Shown in pieces: positions 51,312 through 63,059 of a stretch of 64,000 nucleotides of DNA. Origin of the DNA: Chiloscyllium plagiosum. Its lineage: Eukaryota. The notes below the pieces were generated by a model, which saw only the letters and a program-made list of their open reading frames with translations, did no database searches and had not been told where the DNA came from. Every line of letters begins with the position of its first letter. Positions within the stretch are counted from its first letter, which is position 1. The stretch is taken from assembly GCF_004010195.1 (NCBI RefSeq), contig NC_057719.1, positions 60,437,080-60,501,079 on the forward strand. Direction: 5' to 3'. A program made the translations under genes and the position numbers.

Positions 51312-51543
51312 AAAACCAAAAGAACCAGGGATGCTGCAAATCAAACACAAAAACACGAAAATGCTGGAAAAGCTCAGCAGGTCTGGCAGCATCTGTGTAC
51401 AGAAATCAGCATTAATGTTTCAGGTTGAATGGCCCTTCCTCAGAAATGAAGAAGGGTCACTCAGCCCGAAACGTTAATTCTGATTTCTCTCTATAGATGA
51501 TGCCAGACCTGCTGAGTTTTTCCAGCAACTTCTGTTTTTGTCC
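51312..51543. mobile_element. Palindromic family B hammerhead cassette with perfect 13-bp TSD
   Basis: Arms meet at cctcagaa|atgaagaagggtc; caaaaaattaaat at 51299 and 51544. Confidence 0.9.
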
Positions 51544-51860
51544 CAAAAAATTAAATTTTATTTTGTATTTTAGATAAAATGACAATGAATGCAATAACAA
51601 GATGGTTATTGTAAATTTTGAATGGTAAATTATTGATTGAGAAACACTGAGACATCCTGAGGACATAAAAGGTGTCATGTCAGTGTAAATTCAAATTCAC
51701 TCTTATTTCTTTTGTTACAATACTATGGCTTCAAGAGGTATATTTTGTGTTTTTTTTTTAAGACAGGTTTAAAACAGAGGTGAGGACCTGTCTATTCAAA
51801 GCCTATAAGGTAAACAGCTTGAGAGACCTTGGGTTTTTTAAAAAATTGGAACAATGGAAA

Positions 51861-53289
51861 CTTTTGCATCAGTATTTACAGTAGAAAAGGATATGGAAGA
51901 TATAGACTGTAGGGAAATAGATGGTGACATCTTGCAAAATGTCCAGATTACAGAGGAGGAAGTGCTGGATGTCTTGAAACGGGTAAAGTTGGATAAATCC
52001 CCAGGACCTGATCAGGTGTACGCAAGAACTCTGTGGGAAGCTAGAGGAGTGATTGCTGGGCCTCTTGCTGAGATATTTGTATAATTGATAATCACAGGTG
52101 AGGTGCCAGAAGATTGGAGGTTCGCAAACGTGGTGCCACTGTTTAAGAAGGGTGGTAAAGACAAGCCAGGGAACTATGGACCGGTGAGCCTGACCTCGGT
52201 TGTGGGCAAGTTGTTGGAGGGAATCCTGAGGGACAGGATGTACATGTATTTGGAAAGGCAAGGACTGATTTGGGATAGTCAACATGGCTTTGTACGTGGG
52301 AAATNNNNNNNNNNNNNNNNNNNNNNNNNNNNNNNNNNNNNNNNNNNNNNNNNNNNNNNNNNNNNNNNNNNNNNNNNNNNNNNNNNNNNNNNNNNNNNNN
52401 NNNNNNNNNNNNNNNNNNNNNNNNNNNNNNNNNNNNNNNNNNNNNNNNNNNNNNNNNNNNNNNNNNNNNNNNNNNNNNNNNNNNNNNNNNNNNNNNNNNN
52501 NNNNNNNNNNNNNNNNNNNNNNNNNNNNNNNNNNNNNNNNNNNNNNNNNNNNNNNNNNNNNNNNNNNNNNNNNNNNNNNNNNNNNNNNNNNNNNNNNNNN
52601 NNNNNNNNNNNNNNNNNNNNNNNNNNNNNNNNNNNNNNNNNNNNNNNNNNNNNNNNNNNNNNNNNNNNNNNNNNNNNNNNNNNNNNNNNNNNNNNNNNNN
52701 NNNNNNNNNNNNNNNNNNNNNNNNNNNNNNNNNNNNNNNNGACATTGGTTAGGCCACTGTTGGAATATTGCATGCAATTCTGGTCTCCTTCCTGTTGGAA
52801 AGATGTTGTGAAACTTGAAAGCGTTCAGAAAAGATTTACAAGGATGTTGTCAGGGTTGGAGGATCTGAGCTACAGGAAGAGGCTGAACAAGCTGGGGCTG
52901 TTTTCTCTGGAGCGTCGGAGGCTGAGGGGTGACCTTATAGAGGTTTACAAAATTATGAGGGGCATGGATAGGATAAATAGGCAAAGTCTTTTCCCTGGGT
53001 TGGGGGAGTCCAGAACTGGACGGCATAGGTTTAAGGTGAGAGGGGAAAGATATAAAAGAGACCTAAGGGGCAACTTTTTCACAATGAGCTGCCAGAGGAT
53101 GTGGTGGAGGCTGGTAATAGCAACATTTAAGAGGCATTTGGATGGGTATATGAATAGGGAGGGTTTGGAGGGATATTGGCCGGGTGCTGGTAGGTGGGAC
53201 TAGATTGGGTTGGGATATCTGGTCGGCATGGACAGGTTGGACTGAAGGGTCTATTTCCATGCTGTACATCTCTATGACTCTATGAGTCT
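51861..53289 (+). mobile_element. Young HER1/CR1 LINE, 5'-truncated, spanning an assembly gap
   Basis: KSPGPDQVY, EDWRFANVVPLFKKG, QHGFVRGK ... LVRPLLEYCMQFWSP, RRRLRGDLIEVYK; ctatgact tail. Confidence 0.95.
52305..52740. other. Assembly gap (436 N)
   Basis: Direct reading. Confidence 1.
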
Positions 53290-53339
53290 AGGAGAAGGTA
53301 TTAACTATGATAAAAGACTTTTCTTTCGAATATTGAATC

Positions 53340-56040
53340 AGTTTTATGGAATGATAGAACAGGGAGGCCATTCAGCCAGTTTTCGTGCGCTAACTCTCTG
53401 CAACAATAATTTCTTTTTTCCTCGAGCCTTAAATGTTATTCCTTTTCAGATAAGGATCCAATTTGATTTTGAAAACCAGGATTGGGTCTACCATCCAGAT
53501 ACTGTCAGACAATTCAGATCCTAACTACTTGACGTCAATAAAGCTTTGATTATGCTGCCACTGTTTCTTTTGCCAATTAACTTATATCTGTGCCATCTGG
53601 TTCCAGCTTTCCACTAATGGAAACAGTTCCTGTGTTTATTCTGTTTGTCTCCTCATGATTTTTAATTCTTCCATAAAATTACCACTCAATCTCTATTTTT
53701 CCAAGGATAATAGTCCCAGCTTCTTCAATCTTATGTTATTCCTTACTGACAGCCTAACTTGCAGGAATATGATCATGATATTAACATTACATCATAGTAT
53801 GTGACATGACACTAAAAAGATTTCATGCTCCATCATACCTCAAATCACTTGAAGCGTGACATTCTGCTGGATGTATGGTCCTCTGTTGTAAATTAATGGC
53901 TTGCTACAAGCTCAGACACTTCACTATAAATCTTCCTTTAGTTTAAAAGCCAACCTTTCACCATTAGTCTTTCTGCTTCCTGTCTCTCAGCCAATTTCAT
54001 GTCCATGTTTCTCCTTTACCTTTTATTGCAAGTATTTATAACCTTTGTTTACAAATCTGTGGTTTGGCATTTTACAAAATACCTTTTGAAAGTCCATGTC
54101 ATCAATCCTTTCTTTACCTCTTCAAAATGATCAAGCAAGTTAGTTGAACACAATGTTTCCTTCATAAATTTATATTTGCTATCCTGAACTAATCAACAAT
54201 TCTCCAGTTCAATGGGACCATCCTGTAGTTACAGAGAATTAGAAAATTATGGCTCCCGCTTCCACAATTTCACTCTCACTTCTCTCAAATATCCTTGGAT
54301 GCATCTCCTCCAGCCCTTGTGCCTGGAGTAAACTTTAGTCATTCTATCCAACACCACCTCATTAAACCAACCAAGTGACTTGACTAACCTCATCTTTCAC
54401 CATGACCCATCGAGCATTTTATTCCTTGGTGAGGACAGATGCACAGTGCTGTTAGCCAGGCTGCTGCACAGGGAGAGACAGAGGGACCAGTCAGAGACAT
54501 GCTCCTGAAAGTGAGATGTTAGTCAAGAGGCTGCAGAGACACAGAGGTACCAGTTGCTGACAGGGACTAGGAAAGCTCTGTATGAAGAAAGTCTGTTGAC
54601 ATGCAAGAGAAAACAGTTTGTGAGCTGAGAATGCCATGAGTCCAAGTATTGCTTGGTATAACCATTTTCTTCAGAAAAAGTAAGAAAGAGGAGGCAATGC
54701 TACCTAGCTCCTTCGTCTGGAGCAATAAGATACAGACATATGATTATCAGTTGAGCCTGAGCCAATGGGAAAAAGATACCATGACCCAAGAAAGATAAAG
54801 AAAGAGTATGAAAGAAGATCTTCGAGGCATACAGGCAGCGAGGCAGCGATAACTCCGGAGACCAACACTCGCAAATCTGACCTACATCAGGAACATGGAG
54901 AGAGAGAGAGAGAGAGAGAGCAGTGTCTGGCCAACGTGTGCCCTGCTCAACAGCAGCAAAACAGCTAACCAGATTGGGTATTATTTAGTGTTCTGTGACT
55001 GCTCAGGGAGTGTCAGGGAGTTGGTGTATAAATAGGTTTTTAAATCAGTTTGTGGGAAAACATATAAGCTCTAGTTTGTAAAAGAACACATATAAGATAA
55101 GTGTCTGGTTTAATACATTAATAAAGTAACTTGGAAAGTTATAAGAATTGACTCTTCTCTCTGCACACACCAGAAGCTGCAGCCAGCATCTGATGCACTC
55201 AGACAGCAGATGGTAGTTGCCGGACGCAAACAGGTATCAACAGTACTAACCTAATATCTCAGACATGCTCAGTGCTTCCACACTTAATTCATCTTTTTGG
55301 TCCCACTCTTGCTTTTACCACCTAACTTTCCTTCCAATTTATCTGGGAAGATCCATTACCATGCCACTGAAGTTGGCACTCCTCCAATTAATTATTCTTA
55401 CTGTGGATTGTTCCTCATCCTTTTCATGGACAAATTAAACTTTTTGAAACAATAAATCAGTGGCCCCTGAATATTCTTCTGTCATTTGATCTACTTGCTC
55501 AAACTCATTTCCAAGAACCAAAATCAGCAATGCCCCTGTTCTCTTTGGGCTGGAAGCATTGTAATGTAGAAAATTCACTTGAACACACAGTCAGAATTCC
55601 TACCCTTCCCTGCCCTTCACATGACTATTATTTCAATACATATTCAGATACTTAAAGTCTCCCATTGTTACTGCTCCTTAATTCTTACACTTTTGCAAAA
55701 TTTTCTTGCATTCTTTTAAATGTGACCTATATTTTATATTATTTGTTCCTTAGCTCAAACCAAATAGATTTTGTCCCCTCTGGGAGTCCTCTCTCCCCAG
55801 AACTGAAACATTCTCCTTAATCAAAACTAACACTCCTTCCTCCTTTCTTTCTTTCCTTGTCTTTCCTAAATAGCTATACTGCAATATTTAGTACCAAATG
55901 TTGCCCTTCTTTGGGCCAGGTGTACGATACCCATCCAACTGAAACATTATTATTTCCTATTCCACTGGTATCTGTCTTTCCCAATTCTCTGTGCACCTTG
56001 GTATTCCTCTGCCATATTAACTGCTGGGTTCCACACCCCT
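53340..56040 (-). mobile_element. Highly decayed CR1 LINE, interrupted by a solo LTR
   Basis: Reverse remnants of DFQKVF, NLLDHFEEV and ASVLTKE regions. Confidence 0.6.
54450..55242 (+). mobile_element. Solo LTR (793 bp) of another family
   Basis: tgtt...aaca termini, gtgc/gtac flanks, interrupts CR1 cleanly; tataaata at about 55027 and aataaa at about 55120. Confidence 0.75.
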
Positions 56041-56199
56041 ACTGATAAAATAAATAGCAAAGAACATTTTCACTGGCTGATGAATCTCAAAAAATTGTGC
56101 ATAATTTTAGGATTAAAGACAGAAGTGTAAAGGAGAGAGAACTTCAATGAAAACATTTCACGAAAATAGTTATTCAATACGGAACTCAGCAGCTATTCC

Positions 56200-56975
56200 T
56201 TGAAGCACAATGTTTACATGCAAGACCTAGACAATAATCAGTTCTGAGGAAGACTCACTTGATCAGAAACACTAACCGTGATTTCTCTCCACAGATGCTG
56301 CCAGACCAGCTGAGCTTTACCAGAAATTTTAAATTTTGTTTCTAATTTACAGCATTTGCAGTTCTTTCACTTTTTGGACAATATTGGCTGATAAATGATG
56401 AGTAACATTTACGTCAGACAAATGTTAGGCAATAACCAATTCTAAAAGGACCGAATCAAACCACCGACCCTCAGCAGTTCATCTCCCACCATCAATATGC
56501 TGGGAGTTACAGTTCACCAGGAAACCAGAAATTCACTTCCTGACTCCTCAAAGCCTATCCACAATCTATATGGTACACATTTAAGGGTAAACAATCTTCT
56601 GAGGAAGGGTCACTGGACCTAAAATGTTAACTCTGATTTCTTTTCACAGAATGCTGTCGTCAGACCTGCTAAGCTTTTGCAGCAGTATCAGTTTTTGTTT
56701 CTGATTTACAGCATCTGCAGTTCCTTCGGTTTTTAATACTCTCCACTTGTTTGGATTAGTGTGGCTCCATCTTCAACAAAAATAAGAACATCACTTTTCT
56801 TTCACTGTCACAGAACTAAATTTATGGAACTCAATCCATCCCTGAGAGCACTGTGGGTGCACCTACATCAAACTGCAGTGGCTGATGACGGCAGCTCAGC
56901 AGCACTTTCTCGTGGTAGTTAGGGATTGGAAACAAACTATCCTTTTGCAAAAATGTAGCATTCCATGAAAAAAAA
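56200..56975 (+). mobile_element. LINE 3' fragment carrying two family B hammerhead units (about 56239-56375 and 56596-56735)
   Basis: cagttctgaggaagactcacttgatcagaaacactaac and ttctgaggaagggtcactggacctaaaatgttaact, each followed by the family B tail. Confidence 0.75.
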
Positions 56976-57179
56976 CCATTGAAAAGATGGATATTGAAAA
57001 ATAAGGAAAAAGAGCAAGAATTGGAAAATAGTAGATCATTTAATTCAATGAAATAAATAAATGTTCACCACCTTATTTTATCATTTAAAGGAAAGAGAAT
57101 CTCTGATACTAACTAAATTTTGACTGGAATCCAATCCTTGTTGGAGAGACTTTTGCTCTAGCTTAATCATAACTGACAA

Positions 57180-60100
57180 CCCTGACTAAGGAAGTGGAAA
57201 ACATTAAAATGTCATATATCAGCAAGTTAGATGGATTGAACGAGAAGCTAGTCATGTTGGGAGTAGTCAGGTGGTCAGTAGGTGTTTGAGGAATCGGGGT
57301 AATAGTTGCGTAGTTGCGAGGGGTAGTTGTATTTGATTAGGGATAGTTAGAGGGTCAAAGCGACAGTTTGGAATAGGGAATAGTTGGGTGGCTTGAAAGG
57401 ATATTGGAGTGGGAGGGGGGAGATCCAATTGTTGTGGTCCATGTTGGGGCTGACAAGAGGAATATTTGGGGAATATCAAGAATTAGGAACAAAATTAAAG
57501 TAGGGTTATAATCTCTGGATTTTTAACTGAGCCACATGCAAATTAGTAAAGAGATAAGAAAATTAGGAATGTAACTTCAGGCACAGCAGAAAAGGAATAT
57601 TTATGTGAAGGTGGGCAGTTAATAGAGGACTAAAGGTATTGTACTTAAATCGGCACAATATACAAAAGAAGGTAATTGAGCTTGCTGCGCAGATTGAAAT
57701 TGGCAGGTGCAATGTTGTAGGTATCACAGAGACATGGTTGCTAGGGGATCAGTGCTGCAAACTAAACATCCAAGTCCTATCACAAACAGAGACAGATGGG
57801 CAGAGATGGTGAGGCTGCCCTTGTTAGTAAGCAATGAAATTAAAGAAGCGATGTAGGGTCAGAAGACATAGAATCTGTTTGGGAGAGTTGAGGAACTGCA
57901 AATGAATAAAGATCATGATAGGTGTTATGTACAGGCTCCTAGCTGTAGAGAGGATATGGGGCAGAAAATAAAGGAGGAGATAGAAAAGGCACGTAAGAAA
58001 GGTAGACCTGATTAGGGAGGTGAAGATGAAGGTGACCAAAATATGATAGAATTCACCCTGCAGTTTGAAAGGGAGAAAGTGGACTTAGATGTAATGGTAT
58101 TATGATTGAGGAAATGTAACTACAAAAACATGACAGAGGTGATGGCCAGAATGGAAGGGAAGCCGAGCAGAAAGAGAGTGCAGCAGCAATGGCAGGGATT
58201 TCTGGGCATAATTGGGATGATTTTCTGCTCTGCTTTCTAGAGAAGAGGAAACATACTAAGGGATGATGTGTCAACTGTGGCTGATAAGGGAAGTCAGGGA
58301 CAGAATAAAATCAAAAGGAAAAAAAATACACTATGGTGAAGATCTTTAGGCAGAAGAAATTTAAAAAAGCAATAAGGATGAGATGATGAAACATGATGGT
58401 AAGCTATTACTTATACAAAAAAGATCGCAAAAGCATTTTAGACATAGGAAAAGTAAGAGAGAGAGGCATGAGTTAATATTGGATCATTGGATTTAGTAAT
58501 GGGGAACAAAAAAATGGTGGAAGAACTGAATAGGTACACACTGTGGGAAGGCACGTTGGCTCAGAGATTAGCATTGCTGCCTTACAGCACCAGGGACTGA
58601 GTTTGATTCCACCCTTTGGTGACTCGCTGTGTGGATTTTTCATCTTCTCCCAGCATCTGCATGCATTTCCTCCGGGTGCTCTGGTTTCCTTCCACAGTCC
58701 AAATATATTAGGTGGATTGGCCATGTTAAGTTTCCCACAATGTCCAGAGATGTGCAGGATAGGTAGATTAGCCATTAGAAATGCAGGGTTTCAGGGATAG
58801 GCTAAGGGGATGGAGCCTTTGTAAGGGCCTTCAGAGGGTCGGTGTAGACTTGATGGGCCAAATGGCCTGCTTCCACACTGTAGGGATTCTATGATTTACA
58901 TTAGTCTCCATAGTGAAGGACACCAGTCCCATACCAGAACTTCAAGAGAGTCAGGGAGGAGAGGTGCATGTAGTGGCCATCACTAAGGAGAAGGTGCTAG
59001 TGAAGCTGAAAGGACCACACCCCAGTGTTCTGACGGAAATGGGTAAGAAGATTGTGAAGACATTGGTAGTGATCTTTCAGGAATCACTGGCATCAGGGAG
59101 GATTCCAGAGACCTGGAAGACGGCTAATGTGATAACCCTGTGTAAGAAGGGATGGAGGCAGAAGACAGGAAGCTATAGGCTGGTTAGGCTGATCTCTGTC
59201 ATTGGTAAGGTTTGAGAATCTATTATGAAGGATGAAATTGCTGAGTACTTGGAAGGGTTTAGTAAAATAGGGCTGAGTCAGCATGACTTCGTCAAGAGGA
59301 GGCTATGCCCAATATTTTTTGAGGAGGTAATAAGCAAGTTAGACAAACGAGAGCCAGTGAACATGATCTATTTTGTTTTCCAGCAGGCCTTTGACAAGGT
59401 GCTGCATAGGAGGCTGCTAAACAAGATAAGACCTGATGGTGTCAGAGGCAAGATACTGGCATGGATTGAGAATTAGTTAGCTGGGAGAAGGCAGAGAGTG
59501 GGGATAAAGTGATCTTTTTCAGGATGGCAGCCGGTGACTAGTGGAATTCCGCTAGTATTGGAACTAACAACGATCTGAAGGAACTGAGGACATTGTCAAG
59601 TTTGCAAATGACACAGGCTGTTTTGAGGGAGGAGGGTGGCTGTAGAGGACTTGGACAAACTAGGAGACTGAGCAAAGAAGTGACATATGGAATACAATGT
59701 TGGAAAGTGTGAGTTTATGCACTTTGATGGGAAGAATAGAGACACTATTTCCTAATTGGGGAAATGCTCGAGAGATGTAAAGCACAAAGGAATGTAGGAT
59801 TGTTAGTTCAAGATTCTCACAAAGATTAACATGCAAGTTCAGTCGACAGTTAGAAAGGCAAATGTATTCAGTTTGAGTGCTGGGATACAAGAGCAGGGAT
59901 GGACTGCTACCACCGTACAAGACTGTGCTCAGACTACATTTGGAATATTGACAGCAGGTTTGGGCCCTGTATCAACAGAAGGATGTGTTGGCCTTGGAGG
60001 GGTCCAGAGAAGGTTTGCAAGAATCTTCCTGGGTATGAAAGACTTGTCATATGAGGAGTGGTTGTGAACTCTGGGTCTGTACTCAAGAATTTCTGAAGGA

Positions 60101-60470
60101 TGAGGATCTCATTAAAACTTAAAGAACATTGACAGGTCTGAATATAGTGGACGCAGAGAAGATGTTTCGACTAGTAGGAGAGACGAGGACCCAAGAGCAA
60201 AGTCCCAGAATGAAGGGATGACTTTTTAGAACTGTGAGGAGGAGGAATTTCTTCAGCCAGAGGGTGGTTAATCTATGGAAGTCATTGCTGCAGAGGGCTG
60301 TGGAGGTCAAGTCATTGAGTGCATTTGGACAGAGATAGATAGATTCTTGATTAGTAAGTGTATAATTGGTTACAGGAAGAAGGCAGATGAATGGGGTTGT
60401 GAAATGGATCAGCCATGATCAAATGGAGGAGCAGACTCGATTGGCTGAATGGCTTTATTTTGCTTCAATA
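57180..60470 (+). mobile_element. Decayed CR1 LINE of a second subfamily
   Basis: ORF1 remnant DPIVVVHVG, APE ITETWL, RT ETWKTANVITLCKKG, FQQAFDKVLHRRLL, KFANDT, RRNFFSQRVVNLW. Confidence 0.88.
58545..58894 (+). mobile_element. HE1-like V-SINE (older subfamily) in CR1
   Basis: ggcacgttggctcagagattagcattgctgcc head; cacactgtagggattctatga tail. Confidence 0.88.
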
Positions 60471-61332
60471 TTGTCGGGTGACTAGATGCAGAAAGGGACA
60501 GAAGCAGAGACAATCTCAATGTGTACTGCGAAGCAGGGTTTTTGCCCATCAGTAGTTTAAACTTCCCACATTGCTCCAAACATAAGGAAATCCAGAGTCC
60601 TGAAGTGCACTTTCTGTTCTACATCTGGTCGCCAACAATCTGGAGGCTTTTACAACCAGTTGCATAGAACATCCGCATAATTGACAACTTCAGTCAAACA
60701 AGCAGATGAAAAGGAGAAGACTTTCAAGCTCAGTAAGAGCAAAAACAATCAGAGTGTATATTTAGACTCAAAAAAAAGTATTTTTGGCCATTACTGTCCA
60801 GGGCATTATCATCCTTCTGAATTCTCTCCCCGAAACACCAACACCACCCTGAGCGTAAACACACACACTTACCTTGCTGCTGCTCTGATGCTCCCAGGCT
60901 ATCCAATATTGTGTTGTACCTGCAACCTGTCTCAGGATGCTCATTTTGGGGTGGCAGTTTGCTGATCGAAGGGAGGACTAGCTGTTAAAATTGATTAGGG
61001 TTTTCCCCGCACACCCGGTATGGCCTACCTATACAGTTTTCTATCTAACCACGCTGGAGTTAAACACCACCTCTGACTACAACCTACTTAATCTGGGATG
61101 TAGTCATATTACAGAATATCTGCCTTGCTCTTGAAGTTCTGTTTGCATTGTAATTACATTTTATGATCCCTTTTCTTAATTGTATACTAAATTGACCTTT
61201 TCTTTGAAAAGGTTACTATATTTAAAGATTCATTTTGAATATTTTGAATATTATAATGTAAGTTTCAAAATGAAGAACTAATTTTGAGTAGGATTTTCCA
61301 TTCAAATTTCACGTACTCAACTGACTTTTAGT

Positions 61333-61467
61333 AAAAACCAAAAGAACTGCAGATGCTGTAAATCACAAACAAAAACAGGAATTGCTGGAAACGTGCTGCA
61401 AGTCTGGCAGCATCTGTGAAGAGAAATCAGAGTTAATGTTTCGGGTCTAATGACCCTTCCTCAGAAG
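61333..61467 (-). ncRNA. Family B unit with a near-intact minimal hammerhead motif, sense to the host gene
   Basis: Minus strand tt-ctgagga-a-gggtc-atta-gaccc-gaaa-catt-aact (61466-61431). Confidence 0.8.
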
Positions 61468-61633
61468 GATTGCAGCATAAAACAAATACCAATATTTTAA
61501 TTTGATATATTTAATCTCCATTTTTTTATTACTTTGTTATATTCACAATCGGTTTGCTTTATTGAATATCCTGCATTGATTTTGTGTACAGTTCATGGCA
61601 GAAATGTTACAACTGGAAAATTGAATTACTTAC

Positions 61634-61723
61634 CTGTGACAGACCCAAATATATGGAGACAGTTTCAGAGATGTATAAAAATTTTCCTTCTTGATTTAAT
61701 GCAAATACAAATCCATCCAGAGA
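61634..61723 (-). CDS. npas3: Internal coding exon (90 nt, phase 0/0) of neuronal PAS domain protein NPAS3 (NPAS1 not excluded), PAS-A domain
   Basis: tttgtttgtttcttcacAG | [30 protein letters not shown] | GTaagt. The peptide matches NPAS1 and NPAS3 as I recall them. NPAS3 is preferred only because of the very large intron. Confidence 0.88.
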
Positions 61724-62608
61724 CTGTGAAGAAACAAACAAAACATGGAACAATAGTTTGTCATTCTGCTAGTGGCTCCTTTTGTAGAAAGAACTGTATT
61801 TCAAATTAACTTTATAAGGTTGTACAGGGTAACATTACAACACAGGATTAGCATTTATTAGTACATTAAAGTACATTAAAATATGTTTCTTTCCTGTTGA
61901 AGGAAAAGAGCAGAGATATCATTAAACTAAAAAAAAAACCTTTCTTCCAACTATACAAGCAATGCAGGTTTTATTTACAGATTGACATGAACAAAATTAT
62001 TTTAAGCACTACAAAAATATTAGTACTTGTTCATTTAAACATACAGAGCAATTTTTTTTACCAACTAAATAATGTGTTTGTTAAGCATAATACTTTAGTT
62101 GCAAGGGCAGGATTATATTCCTACGTTCCATAAATGTTTTATCTCCTTGAGTGACATAGAATTAACATCATGTTCTACTAGGAACTGAATCTCTAAGAGA
62201 GAAGCAAAAGATATTACTGTTCACATAGATCTTTGTAACTATCTCTGAAAGAAATCCCAAAATCAGGTATTTCAGTCATAGGACAATGAAAATGATCTGG
62301 ATAATGACCAGAATAAATAAACAACATTTTTAAAGTAATTATATAATCTCTTACAAACCATATAATAACCAGTACAATAGATCCATCAAAATAGATCAAA
62401 CATCACTGCAACAATTGCTTATGCAAATAATTTTGTGTTGGCATTTCAGTCAAGTAGTTGGAGGTTTCTTCTACAGGTGAACTGAGTAGAACAGAATAGA
62501 TTCTGAGAGACGGTGAAACTCCTTTACTTTGCTTTTACAGTATAGAATTTGTAGACTTTGAGAATCCGCTTCAATACAGCAATTCTTTATATCTCTTATT
62601 CACTGTGT

Positions 62609-62751
62609 CGGGCTCAGTGGTTATCACTGCTGTCTCATAGTGCCAGGGACTCGGGTTTGATTCCACCCTTGGGGGACTGTGTGTGGAGTTTGCATTTCTC
62701 CCTGTCTTTGCATCGGTTTCCTCTGGGTGCCCCCGTTTCCTCTCTCAGTCT
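62609..62751 (+). mobile_element. 5' half of an HE1-like SINE abutting a CR1 tail
   Basis: ggctcagtggttatcactgctgtctcatag...cctctcagtc, then ggtttaggggagaggggaaagatataaaag. Confidence 0.85.
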
Positions 62752-63023
62752 AGGTTTAGGGGAGAGGGGAAAGATATAAAAGAGACCTAAGGAACAACTT
62801 TTTCACACAGAGGATGGTACGTGTATGGAATAAGCTGAAGTGGTGGAGGCTGGTACAATTGCAACATTTAAGAGGCATTTGGGTGGGTATATGAATAGGA
62901 AGGGTTTGGAGGGATATGGGCCGGGTGCTGGCAGGTGGGACTAGATTGGGTTGGGATATCAGGTCGGCATGGACGGGTTGGACCGAAGGGTCTGTTTCCA
63001 TGCTGTACAACTCTATGACTCTA
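62752..63023 (+). mobile_element. HER1/CR1 3' end
   Basis: RNNFFTQRMVRVWN...ATFKRHL; ctctatgactctat tail. Confidence 0.93.
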
Positions 63024-63059
63024 TTTAAATACTGAGTAGCTTTAGCATTTAGAAACACG

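Noticed and set aside
51869..53203. Long ORFs (up to 372 aa) spanning 52305-52740
   Set aside because: They read through an N gap, so frame continuity is an artefact; the flanks are ordinary CR1 ORF2.
62521..62608. Strong plus-strand acceptor-like tract cctttactttgcttttacag
   Set aside because: Antisense to the host gene, no matching donor, peptide not recognised, runs into a SINE.
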